Assembly: GCA_041615815.1 (NCBI GenBank)
Contig: JBFJCP010000007.1
Coordinates: 32,001 to 96,000, forward strand
Direction: 5' to 3'
Length of the DNA: 64,000 nucleotides
Origin: Gemmatimonadales bacterium
GTDB taxonomy: Bacteria; Gemmatimonadota; Gemmatimonadetes; Gemmatimonadales; GWC2-71-9
Position 1 is the first letter of the stretch. Every line of letters begins with the position of its first letter. Made by a program: the position numbers and the translations under genes. This document shows positions 57,526 to 64,000 of this stretch, in pieces. Below the pieces are notes generated by a model that was not told the origin of the DNA, made no database searches, and saw nothing but the letters and a program-made list of their open reading frames with translations.

Positions 57526-60500
57526 ATGGCATTCGTCCACCTCCACACGCACTCTGAGTACTCCTTACTGGACGGGGCGATCCGGATTCCGGATCTCGTC
57601 CAGAGCGTCACGCGGCTGGGAATGGACAGCCTCGCGCTCACCGATCACGGCAACCTCCACGCCGCCGTGGCGTTCTATCGCCAGGCGCGGGAAGCACATA
57701 TCCGGCCCATCCTGGGGTTCGAAGCCTACCTCGCCTTTGGCTCCCGCCACGACCGGGAGCGTCCATCGGGGGCGCCGGCGCAGTACTCGCATCTCGTGCT
57801 CCTCGCGCGCAACCGGACGGGCTACCAGAACCTCATCCGGCTTTCGTCCATCGGCTATCTGGAGGGATACTACCGCCGTCCACGCATCGACAAAGAGGTG
57901 TTGGCGGAGCACGGGGAGGGTATCGTCTGCTTGGCGGCCTGCTTGTCCGGTGAAGTCGCGTTGTGGCTCCGACAGCACAATTACGAGGCTGCTCGTGAGG
58001 CCGCGCAGTGGTTCGCGCGCGCGTTTGGACCGAACGGATTCTGGCTCGAGGTGCAGGATCACGGCATCGCCGACGAACACATCGTTCGGGACGGCATGTT
58101 CAAGCTGGGAGAGGAGCTGGGACTCCCGGTGGTGGCGACGAACGACGCCCACTACTTGGAGCGAGCCGACCACGAGGCGCACGACTGTCTCCTGGCTATC
58201 GGGACGGGCAAAGATCTCGACGATCCAAACCGGTTTCGCTTTTACGGGGAAGAAAGCTATCTCAAGTCCGAGACGGAGATGGCTCAACTGTTCCCCGGCC
58301 GGCCCGATGTCTTGGAAAACACGCAGCGTGTGGCCGACTTGTGCGAGTTCGATTTCGAGAAGCGGTACTTCCTGCCTGAGTTTCCCCGCCCGGACGAATA
58401 CGCATCTGACAACGATTTGCTCGTCGAGTTGGCCACGCAAGGGGCGAACGCCCGATATGGGCACCCGCTTCCTGCCGCGGCCCGCGAACGACTGGAGTAT
58501 GAACTATCGGTCATCACGACGACGGGATACGCCGGGTATTTCCTAATCGTTCAGGACTTCATCAACGCCGCACGAGCCCGCGGGATTCCGGTGGGCCCCG
58601 GCCGCGGCTCCGCGGCGGGTTCCCTCGTTGCGTATGCCCTCGGCATCACTGGGGTGGATCCTCTGCGGTTCGATCTTCTGTTCGAGCGATTCTTGAATCC
58701 CGAGCGGATCTCCATGCCGGACATCGACGTGGATTTCTGCTACGAGCGTCGCGGCGAGGTCATCGACTACGTTCGTGAGCGATACGGGGCGGACAGCGTT
58801 GGCCAGATCATCACGTTCGGAACCTTGAAAGCGCGGGCGGCAGTGCGGGATATCGCCCGCGTGTTGCGGGTGAGTCCGAGCGACGTGGATCGACTGGCCA
58901 AGCTCATTCCGTCGAGCCCCGGTTACTCGCTGTCGTTAGCGCAGGCTGTGGACAAGGTGGCGGACCTGAAACAGCTTGCCGAGGAGAACCAGACCGTGAA
59001 TCGGCTGGTGGACTTGGCGCAACGCATCGAGGGTCTCGCGCGTCACGCATCCGTGCATGCCGCGGGCATCGTGATCGCCCCAGGGCCATTGGTCGATTAC
59101 GTACCGGTCTGTACGCCTCCACAGCGAAACGGCGGCGACGGGACGGACGCCATCATCACCCAGTACGACATGACCGGTCTCGAGAAGGTCGGCATGTTGA
59201 AGATGGACTTTCTGGGACTCAAGACCCTCACGGTCATCCACGACGCCCTCGCCATGATCATCGAGCGGCACGGGACCTCGATCGACCTGGACGCGATCGA
59301 GCTGGACGATCCTCCGGTATACGAGCTGCTCCGGGCCGGCAGGACGGCCGGCATCTTCCAATTCGAGTCCGCGCTGGGCACCGACATGCTTCGACAGCTC
59401 CGCGCTGATCGCTTCGACGACCTCGTGGCAACCAATGCGTTGGTCCGTCCTGGTCCGCTGGACTCTGGCATGCACCTGGTCTACATCCGGCGCAAGCGGG
59501 GCGACGAGCAGGTTCGCTACCCGCATCCCCAGCTCAAAGAAGTACTGGAGCCGACCTACGGGGTCATTCTGTATCAGGAGCAGTTGATGCGGATCGCCAA
59601 CGTGTTGGCGGGCTACACGCTGGCCGAGGCGGATGTCCTTCGGAAGGCGGTTGGGAAGAAGGATCAGGAGCTGATCGACGCAGAACTGGCGCGATTCGTG
59701 GACCGCTGCGTTGAGCGAGGACACCACCGCCGTGTGATTCAGGACATCGCCGCCCAGATCAAGACGTTCGGTCGATACGGGTTCAACAAGTCGCACTCGG
59801 TGGCATACAGCATTCTCTCTTTTCAGACTGCATGGCTCAAGGCCCACTACCCAGCCGAGTTCATGGCGGCGTTGCTCTCGTCAGAGATTGGTGACACGGA
59901 CAAGGTCGTCACCTATATCAACGAGGCCCGCGAGATGGGGATCGAGGTCCTACCACCGTCGGTGAACGAGTCCGGTTGGAAGTTCACGGTGACTGGTGAT
60001 GATCAGATTCGCTTCGGGCTTGGGGCGGTCCGCAACGTGGGGCGCGGGGCCATCGAGTCCATCATCACCGCGCGGGAGTCAACGGGCCCCTACGAATCGC
60101 TCGCGGATTTCTGCGAGCGCGTGGATCTGCGCCTCTGCAATAAGCGCGTCCTGGAGTCTTTGGTGGCGGCGGGTGCCGTGGATCACCTTGGAAACCATCG
60201 GGCGCAGCTGATGGCCGGTCTCGATGCGGCGCTCGGCGAGGCTCAACTCCGCCAGGCGGAGCGCGAAGCCGGGCAAGCGTTGTTGTTTGGCGACCCCAGT
60301 GATGGGACTGATGGCCCGGCCCGACCGCCCCTTCCCGAGGTGGCTCCGTGGTCGGAAGCCGACCGTCTCACGAAGGAGAAAGCGGTTGTCGGGTTCTTCA
60401 TCTCCGGGCATCCCCTCGAGCGGTACCGCGAGGAGGTCCAGCTCTTCGGGACTCGGACCACGGCGACCTTGGGCACATGGAGTGAGCATCAGGTGGCCGC

Positions 60501-61005
60501 CGCGGTCGTGGTGACGGCCATCAAGCGCCGAATCAGCCGGAAGACGGGAGCCGAATACGCCCGACTGACGTTGGAGGATTTCCACGGGACCGCCGAGGCC
60601 CTGGTGTTCCCTGAAACGTGGAGCAAACTTTCGGAGGTGATCCTGCCGGACCGGGCCCTGTTGTTGACCGGTGGATACAGTGCCCGGGACCGTGGGGAAG
60701 ATCGTGCGCCGTTCATCGTGGAATCCGCACAGCCGTTGGCGGACCTTCGCTCATCCGGCGCCGTGGGGGTTGCGGTGTCCTGGGCGCTCGGAAGCGGGCC
60801 GGATAGGCAGGCTGCCCGGGCTCTGAACACGTTGTGTGCGGCCAACCCCGGACCCGCTCCCCTCTTCGTAGATTGGAGCGACGGGAACGGTACGACGGCG
60901 CGGCTGCGGTCGCGAGCCTGCCGCGTCTCGCTGGACGAGGGGTTTCTGGACGCGCTCCGGGAGTTGTTGGGTGGCGACCGGGTCCGTCTGGTCAGAGCTC
61001 GATAG
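57526..61005 (+). CDS. dnaE: DNA polymerase III alpha subunit
   Basis: FVHLHTHSEYSLLDG, GPGRGSAAGS, PDIDVDF, KMDFLGL, YGFNKSH. Confidence 0.97.
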   Translation: MAFVHLHTHSEYSLLDGAIRIPDLVQSVTRLGMDSLALTDHGNLHAAVAFYRQAREAHIRPILGFEAYLAFGSRHDRERPSGAPAQYSHLVLLARNRTGYQNLIRLSSIGYLEGYYRRPRIDKEVLAEHGEGIVCLAACLSGEVALWLRQHNYEAAREAAQWFARAFGPNGFWLEVQDHGIADEHIVRDGMFKLGEELGLPVVATNDAHYLERADHEAHDCLLAIGTGKDLDDPNRFRFYGEESYLKSETEMAQLFPGRPDVLENTQRVADLCEFDFEKRYFLPEFPRPDEYASDNDLLVELATQGANARYGHPLPAAARERLEYELSVITTTGYAGYFLIVQDFINAARARGIPVGPGRGSAAGSLVAYALGITGVDPLRFDLLFERFLNPERISMPDIDVDFCYERRGEVIDYVRERYGADSVGQIITFGTLKARAAVRDIARVLRVSPSDVDRLAKLIPSSPGYSLSLAQAVDKVADLKQLAEENQTVNRLVDLAQRIEGLARHASVHAAGIVIAPGPLVDYVPVCTPPQRNGGDGTDAIITQYDMTGLEKVGMLKMDFLGLKTLTVIHDALAMIIERHGTSIDLDAIELDDPPVYELLRAGRTAGIFQFESALGTDMLRQLRADRFDDLVATNALVRPGPLDSGMHLVYIRRKRGDEQVRYPHPQLKEVLEPTYGVILYQEQLMRIANVLAGYTLAEADVLRKAVGKKDQELIDAELARFVDRCVERGHHRRVIQDIAAQIKTFGRYGFNKSHSVAYSILSFQTAWLKAHYPAEFMAALLSSEIGDTDKVVTYINEAREMGIEVLPPSVNESGWKFTVTGDDQIRFGLGAVRNVGRGAIESIITARESTGPYESLADFCERVDLRLCNKRVLESLVAAGAVDHLGNHRAQLMAGLDAALGEAQLRQAEREAGQALLFGDPSDGTDGPARPPLPEVAPWSEADRLTKEKAVVGFFISGHPLERYREEVQLFGTRTTATLGTWSEHQVAAAVVVTAIKRRISRKTGAEYARLTLEDFHGTAEALVFPETWSKLSEVILPDRALLLTGGYSARDRGEDRAPFIVESAQPLADLRSSGAVGVAVSWALGSGPDRQAARALNTLCAANPGPAPLFVDWSDGNGTTARLRSRACRVSLDEGFLDALRELLGGDRVRLVRAR

Positions 61006-61017
61006 GAAGACAACGCA

Positions 61018-61980
61018 GTGGCCACTGCTTTCAACTTGGATTTCGAAAAACCGATCATCGAGCTCGAGCGGCAGATTGCGCACCTCAAGCAACTCGCCGC
61101 CGAGCGGCAGCTGGAGGTTCGCGGCGAAATCCGGCCGCTGGAATCGAAGCTGGTCGAGCTCCGGCGCGAGATCTATGAGAGCCTCACCCCCATGCAGCGG
61201 GTGCAGGTGGCGCGGCATCCCCGCCGGCCCTATACGCTCGACTATCTCACCATGATCTTCTCGGACTTCATCGAATTCCGGGGAGATCGGCTCTATCGCG
61301 ACGACCCCGCCATCGTGGGGGGATGGGCGCGCCTCGCTGGCCGTTCCGTGGTGGTGATCGGACATCAGAAGGGGCGCGATACCAAAGAAAACCTCCGCCG
61401 CAATTTCGGCATGCCCCATCCCGAGGGATATCGCAAAGCGCTCCGCCTGATGCGCATGGCCGAGAGATTCCGCGCACCCATCATTACATTGATCGATACG
61501 CCGGGCGCCTACCCCGGACTGGGCGCCGAGGAACGGGGCCAGGCCGAAGCCATCGCTCGCAACCTCGAAGAGATGGCCGCGCTGCAAACGCCGATCATCG
61601 CGGCCGTCATCGGCGAGGGGGGCTCGGGCGGGGCGTTGGCCCTGGGGCTGGGTGACCGCATCCTCATGTTGGAGAACGCGATCTACTCGGTCATTTCTCC
61701 TGAGGGCTGCGCTGCAATCCTCTGGAAGGACGCGTCGCAGAAAGAGCGCGCCGCGGAGGCTTTGAAGCTGACTGCCCAAGACCTGCTGGCCCTGGGCGTC
61801 ATCGACGAGATCGTGCCCGAGCCGCCGGGTGGGGCACATGCCGATCTGGAAGGTGCGGGGGAATTGCTCGCGAGAGCACTGACGCGGCACTTGAAAGAGC
61901 TGGACGCCATGAAGGCCGAGAAACTGATCCGGCTCCGTTTGGAGAAGTATCGCAACATAGGAAGATTCGCCGAGAGCTAA
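61018..61980 (+). CDS. accA: Acetyl-CoA carboxylase carboxyltransferase alpha
   Basis: [35 protein letters not shown]. Confidence 0.97.
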   Translation: MATAFNLDFEKPIIELERQIAHLKQLAAERQLEVRGEIRPLESKLVELRREIYESLTPMQRVQVARHPRRPYTLDYLTMIFSDFIEFRGDRLYRDDPAIVGGWARLAGRSVVVIGHQKGRDTKENLRRNFGMPHPEGYRKALRLMRMAERFRAPIITLIDTPGAYPGLGAEERGQAEAIARNLEEMAALQTPIIAAVIGEGGSGGALALGLGDRILMLENAIYSVISPEGCAAILWKDASQKERAAEALKLTAQDLLALGVIDEIVPEPPGGAHADLEGAGELLARALTRHLKELDAMKAEKLIRLRLEKYRNIGRFAES

Positions 61981-61981
61981 T

Positions 61982-63022
61982 TTGCCCGAACTCATCGAAG
62001 TTCGGTTCAAGGGCAATCGCAAGGACTTTTTCACCTGGGAGCACGACAATCCCCCAGCCGTAGGCGATATCGTCATCGTCGCCGTCGAGCGTGGCCAAGA
62101 CCTGGGCCACATCTCAGCCGTCGGCACCGTCGCCCAAAAGAAATGCGGCATCGGCTGCGAGGGGTGCGCGCTCGCGAAGCCCAAAGAACCCGTCGGGAAG
62201 GTCATTCGAACCGCGTCTGGGGAGGACGCTCACCTCAGCGACGAACTCCGCAAGCGCGAAGAGGACGTGCGCCGCAAGGTGATGGAACGCGTGCGCGTAC
62301 ACAAACTCCCCATGAAGGTGACCGACACGGAATGGCAATGGGACCGGAAGAAACTCACCGTCTACTTCACGGCAGACCGGCGAGTCGATTTCCGGGCGTT
62401 GGTGCGCGATCTCGCCGCACTGTTCCGGACGCGCATCGAGCTGCGACAGATCGGAGCCCGTGACGAGGCCAAACGCCTGGACGGCGTGGGCCGCTGCGGA
62501 CGCCAGTATTGCTGCTCGTCGTGGCTCCCAGAGCTCCGCCCAGTCAGCCTCTCCCTCGCCAAGGATCAGCGGCTGTCACTCAATCCCTCACAAATCTCCG
62601 GCGGCTGTGGTCGTCTGCTGTGTTGTCTGCGGTACGAACACGACTTCTACGTGACCACCCGCAAGCGCTTCCCCAAGGAAGGAAAGACCCTGCGAACTGG
62701 TCAGGGACAGGAGCGCGTCGACGCCGTCGACATCTTTCGGGAGCGCGTCCTCCTCCGAGCCACGGACGGGTCGACGCGAAGCGTGACGCTGACGGAACTG
62801 AAGCACGAGGTGAAACCCGCCGGGCCCACTGCGCCGCAGCTCACGGACCACCCGCCGTCGAGCCTCGTCACCTTCGACGAGTCCGCGACGCCCACAACGA
62901 CCGCCGAGTTTGCTGCTGCGGTCACGCCGCCGAGTAAGAAGCGTCGACGCCGTCGTCGTCGACGCCCGCGCAAACAGCGACCCAACGAATCCGGACCCGA
63001 AGGACAGGACCGTGACGAGTAA
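61982..63022 (+). CDS. ricT: PSP1-domain protein (RicT/YaaT family)
   Basis: RVDFRALV, RIELRQIG, CGRQYCC, CGRLLCCL. Confidence 0.88.
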   Translation: MPELIEVRFKGNRKDFFTWEHDNPPAVGDIVIVAVERGQDLGHISAVGTVAQKKCGIGCEGCALAKPKEPVGKVIRTASGEDAHLSDELRKREEDVRRKVMERVRVHKLPMKVTDTEWQWDRKKLTVYFTADRRVDFRALVRDLAALFRTRIELRQIGARDEAKRLDGVGRCGRQYCCSSWLPELRPVSLSLAKDQRLSLNPSQISGGCGRLLCCLRYEHDFYVTTRKRFPKEGKTLRTGQGQERVDAVDIFRERVLLRATDGSTRSVTLTELKHEVKPAGPTAPQLTDHPPSSLVTFDESATPTTTAEFAAAVTPPSKKRRRRRRRRPRKQRPNESGPEGQDRDE

Positions 63023-64000
63023 GTTTTACATCACGACGGCGATCGACTACTCGAACGGCGAACCCCATATCGGCCACGCGTACGAGAAGCTCGGCGCCGA
63101 TTGTGTGGCCCGGTACCGCCGGCTCCGTGGCGATCGTGTCCACTTTTGCATCGGCATGGACGAGCACGGCCAAAACGTCGCGCAAGCGGCGGAGTCCCAT
63201 GAGGCAGACCCCCAAGTGTGGGTCGACCAGATTGCGGCCAAGTTCCTTGCGGCATGGGACACCCTTTCCATCAGCAATACGGATTTCATCCGCACCACCG
63301 AGGACCGGCATCGCCGCTCGGTCGAAGAACTCGTCCGTCGGATCCAGCAGTCCGGGTACGTGAGCGAAGGTGTCTACGAGGGTTACTACTGCGTCGGCTG
63401 CGAGGCGTTCAAAGGCGACAAAGACCTGGAGAACGGGCGTTGCCCCCTGCACCCCACCCGCGAAATCCGATGGGTGGAGGAGCCCAACTTCTTCTTCGAG
63501 CTCGGGCGCTTCAAACACCGGCTCCTCGATCATTACGAGGCAAACCCGGACTTCGTCCAACCACGAGCCAAGCTCAACGAGGTGCGCAATGTCGTTGCCG
63601 GCTGGACCGAGGATCACAAGCTGTCCGTGAGCCGGGCGCGGGTCCCCTGGGGAATCCCCTGGCCGGGCGACCCTACACACACGGTCTATGTATGGTTCGA
63701 CGCGCTGATCAACTACCTCTCGGCCACGGGGTTTCCGGAGACCGGGTACGAGGCCATGTGGCCCGCCGACGTCCACGTGATCGGCCCGGATATCGTCCGC
63801 TTCCACGCCGCCATCTGGCCTGCCATGCTCATGGCGGCCGAAATCGACATTCCGGGCCAGGTGTGGTGTCACGGGTGGGTGCTCACGGACGCCGGCCGCT
63901 TTTCGAAGTCCGCGGGCGTCCGGGTGGAGCTCGACGACGCAATCGCCAAATACGGCCCCGATGCGCTGCGGTACTTCCTCCTTCGAGAGGTACCGTGGCA
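63012..64000 (+). CDS. metG: Methionine--tRNA ligase (partial, runs off window end)
   Basis: GTG 63012: KFYITTAIDYSNGEPHIGHAYE, DEHG, YVWFDAL, FSKS; not in ORF track. Confidence 0.95.
   Translation, partial: MTSKFYITTAIDYSNGEPHIGHAYEKLGADCVARYRRLRGDRVHFCIGMDEHGQNVAQAAESHEADPQVWVDQIAAKFLAAWDTLSISNTDFIRTTEDRHRRSVEELVRRIQQSGYVSEGVYEGYYCVGCEAFKGDKDLENGRCPLHPTREIRWVEEPNFFFELGRFKHRLLDHYEANPDFVQPRAKLNEVRNVVAGWTEDHKLSVSRARVPWGIPWPGDPTHTVYVWFDALINYLSATGFPETGYEAMWPADVHVIGPDIVRFHAAIWPAMLMAAEIDIPGQVWCHGWVLTDAGRFSKSAGVRVELDDAIAKYGPDALRYFLLREVPW

Noticed and set aside
57526..61005. Intein in dnaE
   Set aside because: Normal length with contiguous motifs; no intein splice motifs seen.
1..64000. CRISPR array, tRNA/rRNA, IS or prophage
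   Set aside because: No repeat-spacer series, cloverleaf, transposase or phage genes recognised by eye.

Overview
High-GC bacterial chromosome window, densely packed with about 55 genes. Gene content and style suggest Gemmatimonadota (inference, not tested). Mostly housekeeping: fadD, folE, tdk, coaE, gcvH/gcvP, a dpp/opp ABC transporter, lipA-pdhABC-lpdA-lipB, glutamate dehydrogenase, dnaE-accA-ricT-metG. I saw no mobile element, CRISPR array, rRNA or tRNA. Main signals: (1) A selenoprotein that the ORF track splits in two. It is GrdB/PrdB-like, with an in-frame UGA in a U-x-x-C motif followed by a clear SECIS hairpin, and it heads a ~14.7-kb tightly coupled minus-strand run. (2) The same run contains an archaeal-style nurA-herA-mre11-rad50 set, interrupted by two tandem exported paralogues and followed by a double GNAT. 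(3) An unannotated ~165-nt rod-shaped ncRNA (6S-like) with a near-consensus sigma70 promoter upstream of folE, and a missed 52-aa membrane protein divergent from it. (4) Several apparent pseudoenzymes: a DEAD-less DbpA-domain helicase, CoaE fused to a degenerate PIG-L domain, a DxD-less GT2 and a Trm112/methyltransferase-like protein. All family assignments come from motif recognition by eye.
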